Origin: Octopus bimaculoides
Taxonomy: Eukaryota
DNA: 41,171 nucleotides
Direction: 5' to 3'
NCBI RefSeq assembly: GCF_001194135.2
Contig: NC_068991.1
Location: 22,074,663-22,115,833 of the forward strand
Part shown: positions 23,270 through 34,842 of the stretch, one piece after another
Layout of the letters: every line of letters starts with the position of its first letter
Position numbering within the stretch: position 1 is the stretch's first letter
The notes under the pieces: generated by a model
The model's database searches: none
What the model saw: only the letters and a program-made list of their open reading frames with translations
What the model was told of the DNA's origin: nothing
Program-made: the position numbers and the translations under genes

Positions 23270-23790
23270 AGTCATGGAATCTGTCAATTTCTTAATATTA
23301 GCAGGTTGGAAGCCTCTGCTGCAGCTTTGAAGGTCACCCATAAGACATCTTTGATGTAAATTGGCGTCCATTGCCATAAACATCTTGTTTTAATGATGGA
23401 CCAAAGATTTTCGATAGGGTTGAGATCCAGAGATGCTAGCAGCCACACCATCAACCTTTCACCTTGTATGTCATAAGATCCTAGGAATGTTTGGGTGGTC
23501 CTAGCAAAGTGGGAAGAAGTGTTGTCATGCATGAATTCCAGATTCTTTAGAAGTGACAGCAGCATGTCTTCTAGCCAAGGATCCAAGACCTCCTTCAGGA
23601 GATTTCAGTAGACAGCTCAAGTCACTTTAACTTCTTAAGACACCCTGACTGGGCTAACAAGTCTGTCCCCAATGACACCAGCGCACAACATGACTCCTCC
23701 ATCTGGTTGTTGATGTCATAAACGTTGGTGACACTCATCTCCAAAATAGACTCAACCATTTACCCAACAGTTAGGTTTGTCTAGGGTCGC
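23270..23790 (-). mobile_element. Second, distinct Tc1-family transposase remnant
   Basis: GGVMLCAGVIGD...FMHDNTSSH...LDLNPIENLWSIIK. Confidence 0.85.
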
Positions 23791-23940
23791 CCTGGTTTCG
23801 TCAGTATGCAACTGGTACTTAACTTATTGACCCCAAATGGATGAAAGGCAAAGTCGACCTCAGCGGAATTTGAACTCAGAACATAAAGACAGACGAAATA
23901 CAGCTAAGCATTTCTGCCGGCTCACTGCCTTGCCTCCTAA
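23790..23940 (-). mobile_element. Family A SINE
   Basis: gaaaggcaaagtcgacctcagcggaatttgaactcagaac matches the family core. Confidence 0.8.
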
Positions 23941-24312
23941 TATATGCTACAACCAATCACATTTGATAGTAGATGTGATAGACATTGTTCTAGTTCCTGC
24001 ACAAAAAATACAAAGAGAATTTTGTAGAAGTTTTCTATGTGAGCATATAAACCCATGACTTCAGTATTCAATAGAGACTATCTTGGTTACAGCTGGAGAC
24101 TGTATTAGTCTAGACCTCATCTCATAAAATGTCTCTCAAGTTTCCTTTTCTTAGTAATCTGTCTTCTTATGTTCAGGCTCATTCAAAGACAGCATTTTGT
24201 AAGGAAGCATTCAGGTCTCTTTCTCTCACTCACTCAGACAAATGTTTGTATCTTCTAATACTGACCCATTTACCTAAATGTGTTACTGGAACAGATGTAT
24301 ATGTTCACTTAT

Positions 24313-24313
<1 letters not shown>

Positions 24314-24345
<32 letters not shown>

Positions 24346-24660
24346 TTCATCATCATCATCTTCATCATCATCATCTTCATCATCATCATCATCATCAGCA
24401 TCATCATCACTGCCACCACCACCACCACCATCATCATTATTATCATCATCATCACCAATATCATCATTGTGTTAACATCCACCTTTCCAAGCATACATGA
24501 ATCAGAAAGAATTCATCAAGGCAAATTTTCTCCAGATGGATGCCCTTCCTGTTACTAACCCTCACTTATTTCCAAGCAAGGTAATATCTTGCCCCTCCCC
24601 CTCATGATATGGAAGATTGGAAACGGATAACACTGCTTGTATGATGATGACACTAATAAC
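24314..24660 (-). repeat. Long interrupted (CAT/CAC)n repeat followed by an RTE-tail-related short element
   Basis: Trinucleotide array explains the poly-His/Ser/Ile/Met ORFs; ggatgcccttcc motif shared with RTE-type 3' ends. Confidence 0.75.
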
Positions 24661-24924
24661 TATCATACAATGTGAAGACAAGGAGACACACACACACACA
24701 CACACACACACAGAGAAGAATTAAGGAAGGGTGAGAAAAAATGACAGAGACACAGTGAATGTGAAAAGTGGAGAAAAAGTGAGCAAGAAGCGAAGGCAAG
24801 GAAATGTGAGATGGGGGAACGAAAGAACAAATAAGCTTGAAAGGTATGATAGACAGAAATAGAGTCGTACAAGATTTAGAAAAATGTATACTTACATATA
24901 AGAGATGAAAGTGTACATACGCTG

Positions 24925-24984
<60 letters not shown>

Positions 24985-24989
<5 letters not shown>

Positions 24990-26130
24990 CAAAATGGGAC
25001 AGAACACAAAACATCCGGACAGTTAGGTGATACAAAAATGGGACAACAAAACATCCAGATAGACGATACAAAGAAAACAAGGACGGGTCATTCGGAGTTT
25101 TCTTTCCTCAGTCGAGTACCAGATTATCTTCACAATTTCGGTTGATTATACTTGAGATTGCTCCAATCTGGCCAGCCCCAAGGAAAAACTAAGCTAAGAG
25201 CATTAGATTCCTTGGAAGAAAACAGCAAATGTATACGAAAACAAGGACGGAAAAAAACGGAGAATGTTACACAAATACAATAAAAATAATAATAACAGGA
25301 CATTACAACAGGTGTCTTTCGACTAAGGACGAATTAAATTAAGCTGGCATGTGTGGAAATAAAGCCTTTTGGCAGGGATACAAGATTTCACAGGCACAGG
25401 GGGGAATATCGATGTTGCACGGACAACGACTAGACCAAGAAAGAAAGATCAGGCTTGGCTGAACACCGGTCATGTGGGAAGAGAAGAGAGAGAGGTAGAG
25501 NNNNNNNNNNNNNNNNNNNNNNNNNNNNNNNNNNNNNNNNNNNNNNNNNNNNNNNNNNNNNNNNNNNNNNNNNNNNNNNNNNNNNNNNNNNNNNNNNNNN
25601 NNNNNNNNNNNNNNNNNNNNNNNNNNNNNNNNNNNNNNNNNNNNNNNNNNNNNNNNNNNNNNNNNNNNNNNNNNNNNNNNNNNNNNNNNNNNNNNNNNNN
25701 NNNNNNNNNNNNNNNNNNNNNNNNNNNNNNNNNNNNNNNNNNNNNNNNNNNNNNNNNNNNNNNNNNNNNNNNNNNNNNNNNNNNNNNNNNNNNNNNNNNN
25801 NNNNNNNNNNNNNNNNNNNNNNNNNNNNNNNNNNNNNNNNNNNNNNNNNNNNNNNNNNNNNNNNNNNNNNNNNNNNNNNNNNNNNNNNNNNNNNNNNNNN
25901 NNNNNNNNNNNNNNNNNNNNNNNNNNNNNNNNNNNNNNNNNNNNNNNNNNNNNNNNNNNNNNNNNNCTACTCAGGAAGAGACTATTCTAGAGTACGTCCT
26001 GTCTGGTCTTCGAAACGTCTAGATAGAATAGAGACAGCTGATGAAGGGATATTCCAAGGGGCTTTCCGTTTTCCTATGTGTTCGTTCCGTTGTCTGTAGT
26101 TTATTGTTCTAACGTCCTGTACCCTGATAT
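24985..26130. repeat. Unclassified interspersed repeat spanning an N gap (possibly Penelope-type terminal region)
   Basis: GC- and CpG-richer non-coding block between microsatellites; internal direct repeat acaaaa(a)tgggaca...caaaacatcc. Confidence 0.3.
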
Positions 26131-26198
26131 GCATGTATATACACATGTAGATGTAAGTATGTACATATATGTGTGTATACATGTATATATATTCTTTG

Positions 26199-26238
<40 letters not shown>

Positions 26239-26464
26239 CTAGCTATCTGTCTGTCTATCTATCTGCCTGTCTGTCTCTCTTTCTGTATGTCTGTCTGTCT
26301 GTCTATCTATCTGTCTATCTATCTGTTTGTCTGTCTGTATGTATGTATGTATGTCCGTCTGTTTATTTATCTCTTTGTCTATCTCAAATTCTTATGTATC
26401 TTTATAACAAAATTACACACACACACACACACACACACATGCATGCACACACATATATAATATA

Positions 26465-26845
26465 CTAGGTTGAGTCAAAAGTTTTTCCAGATTTTCCCTG
26501 TTGATTTTTAGCAGCTGTTATCTCCATGCTAGATCATTAATTTGATAAACTTGTTGTCCAATCAATGTTGAACTGTTTATTCTTTATTTTACAGCTTTGA
26601 TAATAATGAGTGGTGAAAAAATTTCAATTAGCCCCATTTTACAGTTCCAGTGATAAAAAGAACTGAATGCAAGGGCAGCAGCAAAAGAAATTAATGCTAT
26701 GGAAAACCCAGGAACTGTCAATAAATGTGAGGCACAAAACTGGTTCAAAAATTTCAAGGGAGGTAACACCAACCTCAAAAACAAACCATCTGTTTTGGAA
26801 GACGAGGCCTTGCTTGGAACGGTTGAACAACAGCAAAGCACATTT
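26465..26845 (+). mobile_element. mariner transposon 5' fragment (TIR plus HTH region)
   Basis: TA plus ctaggttgagtcaaaag TIR; AAKEIN..TVNKCEAQNWFKNFKGGNTNLKNKP..DEAL resembles the mariner DNA-binding domain. Confidence 0.8.
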
Positions 26846-27166
26846 GTTGTGTGTGTGTGTGTGTGTGTGCGAGCGTGCATGTACGTGCTTGTGTGCATGC
26901 ATGCATGTGTGTGTGTGCATGCACGTGTATGCATGCATGCCTGCTTGCAAGCATGTATGTGTTTGTTCATTTGTTCAAAGCTGCATTTTGTTTACCTCCA
27001 AATATGGACTCCAGGATATCTATTGACTTATTGATTAATATCATTTTCTAAGAAAATATTTGTCACAAAAATAACTATGATTGTATGAAAGCAGATAACT
27101 TGTATGATTACTTGGAATTTCTAAATATTTCTGTATATATCTCAATGTACACATTACACACATAAT

Positions 27167-27245
<79 letters not shown>

Positions 27246-27496
27246 ATTTTTGCATATATAAATTTGTAGTTGATATGCAAACATCCTGCTTTCACATGTT
27301 TGTTGTTTTTCTTCTTCTGACCTATTCAATACATTCTTGGAAAATATTAATTTTTCTTTGTCTTTATATTTGGTTTGCAAGATTCTTTATATGAATTTGT
27401 ATGTTGAGACAGATTTTGTTGTGTCCAGGGAGGGTCATCAGGCCAATATAATTAACACACATACTGATTTTAGTAAATAAGTGGAATTGAACAAGT

Positions 27497-27531
<35 letters not shown>

Positions 27532-28020
27532 TGTTTAAGGTCCGTTTTCCATGCTAGCATGGGTTGGACGATTTTACTGAGGACTGGCAAGCCAGAAGGC
27601 TGCACCAGGCTCCAATCTGATCTAGCAGTTTCTACAGCTGGATGCCCTTCCTAACGCCAACCACTCCGAGAGTGTAGTGGGTGCTTTTACGTGCCACCGG
27701 CACGAAGACCAGTCAGGCGGTACTGGCAATGGCCATGCTCAAAAGGGTGTATTACGTGCCACCTGCACGGGAGCCAGTCCAGGGGCACTGGCAATGACCT
27801 CGCTCGAATGATTTTGTAACGTGCCACCGGCATAAGTGCTAGAAGGCGACGCTGGTAACGATTACGCTCAAATGGTGCTATTTACGGGCCACTAGCATGG
27901 AAGCCAGACAGCTGCTCTGGCAATGAACATGCTTGGACAGTGCTCTTAGTGCTCCACTGGCACAGGTGCCAGTCATCGAGTATGGTTCAATTACGATTTT
28001 GATTTCACTTGCCCCAACAA
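27497..28020 (-). mobile_element. RTE-LINE-type 3' UTR with tandem internal subrepeats and (GAT)n tail
   Basis: Reverse complement of 35952-36413; repeated gtgccaccggcac units. Confidence 0.85.
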
Positions 28021-28197
28021 GCAGAGTATTAATTATATTGGCATGATGATTCTCTCTAGACACAACAAAATTACTTTCTCGATTAATTTACAAGTTTCCC
28101 TCTTTCTGTATTTCATGATAGTAGTCTTGATAAATCAATGAAATACTAATATCATGACAACATCGACCAATTATAACAACTTGCAGGCATCACCTAC

Positions 28198-28543
28198 AAT
28201 ATCCATCCATCCATCCATCCATCCATCTCTTCCACTCACTATTCTTGAGAGGGTTACTGAGGTAAAGTCCTCAGGCACTTCCTCAATAGGGACCAATCAG
28301 AAACTATCATCATTAGATTTTCCAGCTGGATTCCCAAGCATGTGTAACTGGGACTATGGATATTATCTGACCACCTCATTTTTGATCTACCTTTAGGTCT
28401 CCTGTTTGTTGACTCAGTTTGAAGGATCCATCTTGTGATTTTTTTCCATGACATTCTAATCACATGTCTAAAGTACTGGAGCCATGACCTCTCAATATGG
28501 AGACGTAGTGGCTTGACCTGAAGAGCTACTTGTATTTGCGACA
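28198..28543 (-). mobile_element. RTE (Expander/Rex3-like) LINE 3' end with (GGAT)n tail
   Basis: PLRLHIERSWLQYFRHVIRM...RRPKGRSKMRWSD; related copy at 34843. Confidence 0.8.
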
Positions 28544-28791
28544 TGCAGGTGGCACATGAAATGCACCATTTTGAGCGTGGCCGTTGCCAGTACCGCCTGA
28601 CTGGCCTTCATGCAGGTGACACGTAAAAGCACCCACTACACTCTCTGAGTGGTTGGCGTTAGGAAGGGCATCCAGCTGTAGAAACTCTGCCAAATCAGAT
28701 TGGAGCCTGGTGTAGCCATCTGGTTTCACCAGTCCTCAGTCAAATCGTCCAACCTATGCTAGCATAGAAAGCGGACGTTAAACGACGACGA
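28544..28791 (+). mobile_element. RTE-LINE-type 3' end with (GAC)n tail
   Basis: Highly similar to 11392-11594. Confidence 0.85.
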
Positions 28792-28796
28792 CTCTT

Positions 28797-29126
28797 TGTT
28801 GTATAGTGAAACTGTACACACCTCACAGTAAAAAGTGGCAGTAGCCAGCCACTATAAATAGACAGTAGCCAGTTGTCAGAAAGAAGGTCGAGAGCATGTG
28901 TAGACTGTCTTGATAGTTGTGTCTGTGCTGATATAGTTATCATACTGCGATACTGAGTGGATGTTATAATGATCCAACCTCTTGAGGATAACACTGTATG
29001 ATTGGGGGTTGTACATTGCTAGATAGAACCATTCTATCGACGACTTTGGAATGCAACAATATCTATCAGAGCTACAATCGTCATCAGAAGACAGATACAA
29101 CAGTAGCAAACGACCGCTTTACAACA
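28797..29126. mobile_element. Solo LTR, 330 bp, with 5-bp target-site duplication
   Basis: Begins TGTTGTA and ends TACAACA (7-bp terminal inverted repeat, TG...CA); CTCTT at both 28792-28796 and 29127-29131; TATAAATA at 28853-28860. Confidence 0.8.
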
Positions 29127-29288
29127 CTCTTTCAGTCATTACTCAACATGTAATTCTTATGTGAAATATGATAGCATAACATATAAGCTGAACGACCTTT
29201 TGATTGGTACAGTAAAACATGACACGTCAGTGATTGAAGAAACGAAGCTCTGAACACACTGCTACTAGAATATTAGCTAGCATTTTAG

Positions 29289-29297
29289 CAATTCCAG
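29289..29297 (+). other. Candidate 9-nt micro-exon CAATTCCAG
   Basis: cattttag|CAATTCCAG|gtgagt; full-consensus donor, short pyrimidine tract. Confidence 0.45.
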
Positions 29298-29420
29298 GTG
29301 AGTCAACTGGGTTTTGGGATCTGGTATTTAAAAATCCCCACCCCAAAACACTTTATGATCCCAGGAACAAGTGATGATGCATCACAGAAAATCTGTTAGA
29401 GATATCTTGAAACCTTAGCC

Positions 29421-29500
29421 CAGTGATTCCCAACAGAGGTTCCCAATCCATTTATTTAAATGGGTTTTCCCACGGACCCCTTTTAATATACTTATCCTTA

Positions 29501-29533
<33 letters not shown>

Positions 29534-29616
29534 GAAATTTTGAATTTAGTTCACGGACCCCCAGTACTACCTTTGTGGACTACTAGGGGCCCACGGACCC
29601 CAGGTAGGAACCACTA
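29421..29616. mobile_element. hAT (Charlie-like) MITE, degenerate
   Basis: cagtgattcccaac ... gtaggaaccacta termini; internal cacggacccc repeats; no intact 8-bp TSD. Confidence 0.5.
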
Positions 29617-30063
29617 ACCTCTGGTTTAAGCAGTGACAGCTGGCAATACACTAGATGACAGTTAAAAATAATTTGGGAACATGGAAAAATAGCAACCAGG
29701 GCAAATAGTGCTAGTATACTAACTTGTAAAACCTAGTACCTTCTGTGAATAAACCTTGTGAAACATCTCTTCAGTGGATCTTGAGAGGAGTTGGAGAAAA
29801 TGAGATCCCCCATAGGATGGTCTTAACAATTTCAACCCATGCAAATGACAAAACAACAATGGATGCAAGATGCATATATGTATATGCAATAAGTGTGAAG
29901 GTCCCAATGACTGAAAGAGAAAATTGGAGAGACAGTGAGGACTTTTATTCCCTATCATTATAATAACTAATTCAATTTTTGTTGCTTTGTTGACAGCAAG
30001 ATGATAAAGTTTTAAATTTATATTGTTTCAGCTGTTTGTTCAATTATTTAATTAAAATTTCAG

Positions 30064-30080
30064 AGATGTATATATGCCAG
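30064..30080 (+). other. Candidate 17-nt micro-exon AGATGTATATATGCCAG (alternative acceptor at 30031 gives 49 nt)
   Basis: aaaatttcag|...CAG|gtaagt; perfect donor. Confidence 0.5.
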
Positions 30081-30129
30081 GTAAGTGATTTGATCTGTGA
30101 TTGTGTGTCAAAACTAAAAAAATTCTGAT

Positions 30130-30481
30130 GTGGTAGACACATATAAAGACCCCCTTTAATCATGAATGAGCATGGAGTTGCACCTAGAAAGTTACCCTCC
30201 AAGGCACAAGTCTGGGAAAGGTTGTTTATGGAAGACTACCAGTCACCCATGCATACCAGCTTCTCGTCTCCATGCCACCGATGTTATCTCAGAGAAGGGC
30301 AAAGGCCAATACAGCTTGGCACCAGTGACATTGCCACTCATTTCTACAGCTGAGTGAACTGGAGCAATGTGAAATAAAGTGTCTTACTCATGAACACAGC
30401 ATACAGCCCAGTCTGGGAATCAAACTCACTACTTCATGATTGTGAGCCCGACACTCTAACCACAGAGTCACGTGCCTTCAT
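30130..30481 (-). mobile_element. tRNA-derived SINE with conserved central domain
   Basis: Minus strand tRNA-like head (gtggttagag...gagtttgattccc), followed by cacattgctccagttcactcagctgtagaaatgagt, resembling conserved SINE core domains. Confidence 0.7.
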
Positions 30482-30681
30482 GTTAGATACATATAAATCA
30501 TTCAGAAACACATAAAGACTGTGAAATTTGCTTAAACATTTATTATTTGGCATCAAAATTTTCATCGTACCAACTGCAACTTGGTCACTGACATTATTCC
30601 AATGTATCTAACTTGTTGAAGTGAAATTGTTGATTGAGGTAGATACGACTGAGAGTTGTAAAATTTTTCTTTTTTCCAGCT

Positions 30682-30832
30682 TCAGGTATGATTCTGTGGT
30701 AAGAAGCTTGCTTCTTAGTCACATGGTTCCAGATTCAGTCCCTCTGCATGACACCCTGGGCAAGAGTTTTCTACTGCACATACCAAAGCCTTGTGAGTGA
30801 ATGTGGTTGACAGAAACTGAAAGAAGCCCATC

Positions 30833-30835
<3 letters not shown>
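30682..30835 (+). mobile_element. Family B SINE with (TA)n tail
   Basis: tgtggtaagaagcttgcttc...gaaactgaaagaagccc. Confidence 0.8.
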
Positions 30836-30890
<55 letters not shown>

Positions 30891-31089
30891 GTTGAAACTT
30901 ACAGAAAAACAAGATCAAGGCAGGTGTATAAACAACAAGCAGGTGTATTAGTTTGATGCTTGGGAAGATGATAAAGTCTTTTATGTTTCGAGCTTACACT
31001 CTTCAATAGAAAGGAACACAAGGGAATAAACAGAGAGAGAATAAAAACACTTTTGGAGTTTGCAGTCAATTATGGTAACTGGTTGGACA

Positions 31090-31500
31090 AAGTTAGTTAG
31101 ACAGGAGAGCTAGGAAGAAGGGGAGATAATTAAGTATTGGTGATCCCAAAGCAAAGATGCGCATGCGTGTGTGTATTTGAGAGTGTGTAAGTGTGTGCCT
31201 ATGGATAGGGGCTGGTAACTTTGACATGTGGATGCATGCATGTGTAAGTGTGTACGCCTGTAATGTGTGGGTGTGTGGATGATGGTGTGGGTGCTTGAAA
31301 GTGGCTAGTGTGTGTGGGGTGATGGTGTGTGGTGGTGTTGAGGTGTGGGATGTGAGGGTGTGGGAGTAGGGGTGGGGTGGATGGAGGGGTATCAATGAAG
31401 GGAGAAGGTGGATAGGAGTGAAGAGAGGGAGTAGGTGTCATGGCAAGAGAGGAGAAGTGGGTAAGAGTGAAGAGAAGAAGTAGGTGTCAGATGAAGATGC
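31090..31500. repeat. GT/GA-rich low-complexity tract
   Basis: Direct reading; explains the Pro/His/Thr-rich ORFs. Confidence 0.8.
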
Positions 31501-32113
31501 CTCTTTGTACATTTGCATTTTCACCACTCGTACAAAGAGGCAATCATAAAGCAAAATAAAACCAAAAAAAAAACAAAGCACGTAATATGTAACACAGACA
31601 GTAAACAAAAATAGAATAGAACAGAGTGGTGACATTTAGTGGAAATGACCGAGAAGTTGTTGCTCATCGATTACTATCACAAACAACAGTAGCTTTCTTC
31701 GTCTGAATACACGTCAATGATTGGTTAAAATTACCCAAATATGACAAATTTAGCATGAAACAACTTCTAAAATATGAAATTTTGTCAAAAATGTTGAAAG
31801 TAAACCGTGTTCAGCATGAGAAATTACACCAGTATATGAAGTTTCAAACTGTTTAGTTAAAGAAAAATAATTTTTAAATCTGTGAGTGAAACTGAAGGGA
31901 TCCGTAAATCTTATTGTCTATTTCTCTACATTCAGCCTTGTACCAAAAAGGGAACAAATTTAGAGTGGTTTGTAGACATTTGAGATCTACTTCTAATGTA
32001 TTGGCATTGTCCCTCCACCACCCTTAATTATATTTATATATTTATAATTATATTTATATATTAATAATTATACACTTAAATATTAATTTTACCGATATGG
32101 TGGTTATTATATG

Positions 32114-32931
32114 NNNNNNNNNNNNNNNNNNNNNNNNNNNNNNNNNNNNNNNNNNNNNNNNNNNNNNNNNNNNNNNNNNNNNNNNNNNNNNNNNNNNNNN
32201 NNNNNNNNNNNNNNNNNNNNNNNNNNNNNNNNNNNNNNNNNNNNNNNNNNNNNNNNNNNNNNNNNNNNNNNNNNNNNNNNNNNNNNNNNNNNNNNNNNNN
32301 NNNNNNNNNNNNNNNNNNNNNNNNNNNNNNNNNNNNNNNNNNNNNNNNNNNNNNNNNNNNNNNNNNNNNNNNNNNNNNNNNNNNNNNNNNNNNNNNNNNN
32401 NNNNNNNNNNNNNNNNNNNNNNNNNNNNNNNNNNNNNNNNNNNNNNNNNNNNNNNNNNNNNNNNNNNNNNNNNNNNNNNNNNNNNNNNNNNNNNNNNNNN
32501 NNNNNNNNNNNNNNNNNNNNNNNNNNNNNNNNNNNNNNNNNNNNNNNNNNNNNNNNNNNNNNNNNNNNNNNNNNNNNNNNNNNNNNNNNNNNNNNNNNNN
32601 NNNNNNNNNNNNNNNNNNNNNNNNNNNNNNNNNNNNNNNNNNNNNNNNNNNNNNNNNNNNNNNNNNNNNNNNNNNNNNNNNNNNNNNNNNNNNNNNNNNN
32701 NNNNNNNNNNNNNNNNNNNNNNNNNNNNNNNNNNNNNNNNNNNNNNNNNNNNNNNNNNNNNNNNNNNNNNNNNNNNNNNNNNNNNNNNNNNNNNNNNNNN
32801 NNNNNNNNNNNNNNNNNNNNNNNNNNNNNNNNNNNNNNNNNNNNNNNNNNNNNNNNNNNNNNNNNNNNNNNNNNNNNNNNNNNNNNNNNNNNNNNNNNNN
32901 NNNNNNNNNNNNNNNNNNNNNNNNNNNNNNN
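32114..32931. other. Largest assembly gap (N run)
   Basis: N characters; ORFs spanning this and the other gaps are artefacts. Confidence 0.99.
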
Positions 32932-33013
32932 TATATATGTATATGTATGTATGTACATATCTATATATATGTACGTATGTATGTATGGATGTATGCATCT
33001 ATCTATTTATTTA

Positions 33014-33044
<31 letters not shown>

Positions 33045-33114
33045 ACCTATCTATCTATCTGTCTGTCTGTCTATCAATATATTAATATATATATGTGTGT
33101 GTGTGTGTGTTCTT

Positions 33115-33305
33115 GTTTCCTCACCACCACTTGACTAGCAGTCTAGGTGTGTTTATGTCCTCATAACTTAGCTGTTTGACAAAAAGAGTCCAATAGAATA
33201 AGTACTTGACTTAAAAAAGAAAAAGCCCTGGGGTCGATTTGTTCAACTAAAACCCTCCAAGGCAGTGCTCCAGCATGGCCACAGTCAAATGATTGAAACA
33301 AGTAA
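33115..33305 (-). mobile_element. SINE body
   Basis: Reverse complement of 21900-22140. Confidence 0.7.
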
Positions 33306-33396
33306 CAGGTCAATCATTCTGACTGGGTTCTCATAGTAGGTCAGTTAAATTGTATTTCACTTTATCGTCCTCCTTTCTATCCTTCGTTTTCTTTAG

Positions 33397-33407
33397 CAGC
33401 GTTTACA
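33397..33407 (+). other. Candidate 11-nt (or 8-nt via NAGNAG) micro-exon CAGCGTTTACA
   Basis: About 34-nt pyrimidine tract tttatcgtcctcctttctatccttcgttttctttag|CAG CGTTTACA|gtaagt. Confidence 0.5.
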
Positions 33408-33602
33408 GTAAGTCAGAACATTATTGACACAAAAAAAGTAAGGCTAAAATAACAGTATAACGAATTTCCAAGGCATAAATTCTGTTATTATTTCTGATAG
33501 TAATTGAATAAGTAATTATAAGAAAAGAAAGAAGAAAAAAGTTACATGATAGATGGCAAATGATAATAATGATAATGATGTTAATGATAATGATGACAAT
33601 TG

Positions 33603-33648
<46 letters not shown>

Positions 33649-33784
33649 TAATTCTGGTTTTATTGGCCACAAGGGCTAATATAAATTTTTAAAATGTAAG
33701 GACAAAGACAGGACGAAGTTTACAAAGGGTTTTGTCCGAAAAGAAAACGTTCGTGTAAACAGAGGAAAAACAAAGAAAGAAGAA

Positions 33785-34215
33785 TGGTTTCAAATTTTGT
33801 CACAAAGGCAGCAATTTTGAGGGAGGGGGATGAGTCGACCACATCGACTCCAGTGTTCAACTGGTACTTATTTCATCGACCCTGAAAGAATGAAAAGCAA
33901 AGTAAACCTTGGCAAAATTTGAACTCAGAATGTAAAAACAGACAAAATACTGTTAAGCATTTTGTCAGACATGCTGACAATTCTGTCAGCCCACCACCAT
34001 GATGACGATGATAATAATAATAATAACAACAATAATAACGATAATAACAATAATCCTTTCTACTATTGGCACAAGGCGTGAAACTTTGGGGGAGGGGGCT
34101 AGTCAATTACATCGACCACAGTGTTCGACTGGTACTTAATTTATCAACCCCAAAAGGATGAAAGACAAAGCCAACCTCATTAGAATTTGAACACAGAATG
34201 TGAAGATAGATGAAA
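33785..34215 (-). mobile_element. Two family A SINE copies separated by (AAT/AAC)n
   Basis: Family core at 33785-34000 and 34055-34215. Confidence 0.8.
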
Positions 34216-34450
34216 TAGGACTGTTCCAGGTATGTAAACAGTAAACAGATATGTAAATAGTACTCTTCTATGGTATGTATCTAAACAGATGCTGGCCTTG
34301 TAGAAGGCCAGCATCTGTTTAGATATGAAACACTTTTTATCTTTGAAGAGTAATCTTAACATCCAGGAAACAGCCTTGATAATATCACAGATGTGTGGCT
34401 TCCATGAAAAGTTATCAGAGACTCTCAAAGATTTGTAACTTGTATGAGAG
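34215..34450 (-). mobile_element. Old CR1/L2/Jockey-group LINE RT C-terminal fragment
   Basis: LRVSDNFSWKPHI..IIKAVS..LRLLFK.KK.F..KQML.FYKA resembles LG-V..NLSW..HI...LYK motifs. Confidence 0.65.
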
Positions 34451-34842
34451 ATTTTTACTGTGTTTGCAGTATGAATATAAAAGATCATCATAATCGTCAT
34501 CAGTGTTTTAAAGTCCTAAAGTCTTCTTTTCCATGCTTTCATGGGTCATATGAAAATACATTGGAGCAGAGTTTTCTACAGCGAGATGCCCTTCTTGATG
34601 CCAGTTTTCACCATTTTCCAACTAAGGCAATAATCCTCTGATCTAACAAATGACAAACAGCTCCCGGCATAGTTAGTTGGTCAACTGGAAGCAAATAACA
34701 GTGTTTGGATGGATCTGAAGTTCATTCTTTCTAGCTCATTTCTTTAACAAACTGAAATCTGACTATCATCTGACCATCCCTCTAGAAATATTAATTGAAA
34801 TTTAAACTAAATCATGAACAGAAAGTCCTCCTCTCCCTCCTT

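Noticed and set aside
24129-24558. Poly-His, poly-Ser, poly-Ile and poly-Met ORFs
   Set aside because: Translations of a (CAT)n microsatellite in different frames
25090-26060. Hammerhead-like motifs (minus CTGAGGA..CGAAT near 25100; plus CGAAAC..CTGATGA near 26010-26046)
   Set aside because: Stem II closing pair, GAAA and stem I do not fit the canonical fold
27700-28020. CRISPR-like or satellite array of gtgccaccggcac units (also 35952-36250)
   Set aside because: Degenerate internal subrepeats of a dispersed eukaryotic LINE 3' UTR, with no constant repeat-spacer structure
34201-34216. ttccag|gtatgt here, and tttag|gtacga at 19654, as recursive splice sites
   Set aside because: Short pyrimidine tracts; the first lies at a SINE/LINE junction; not distinguishable from chance
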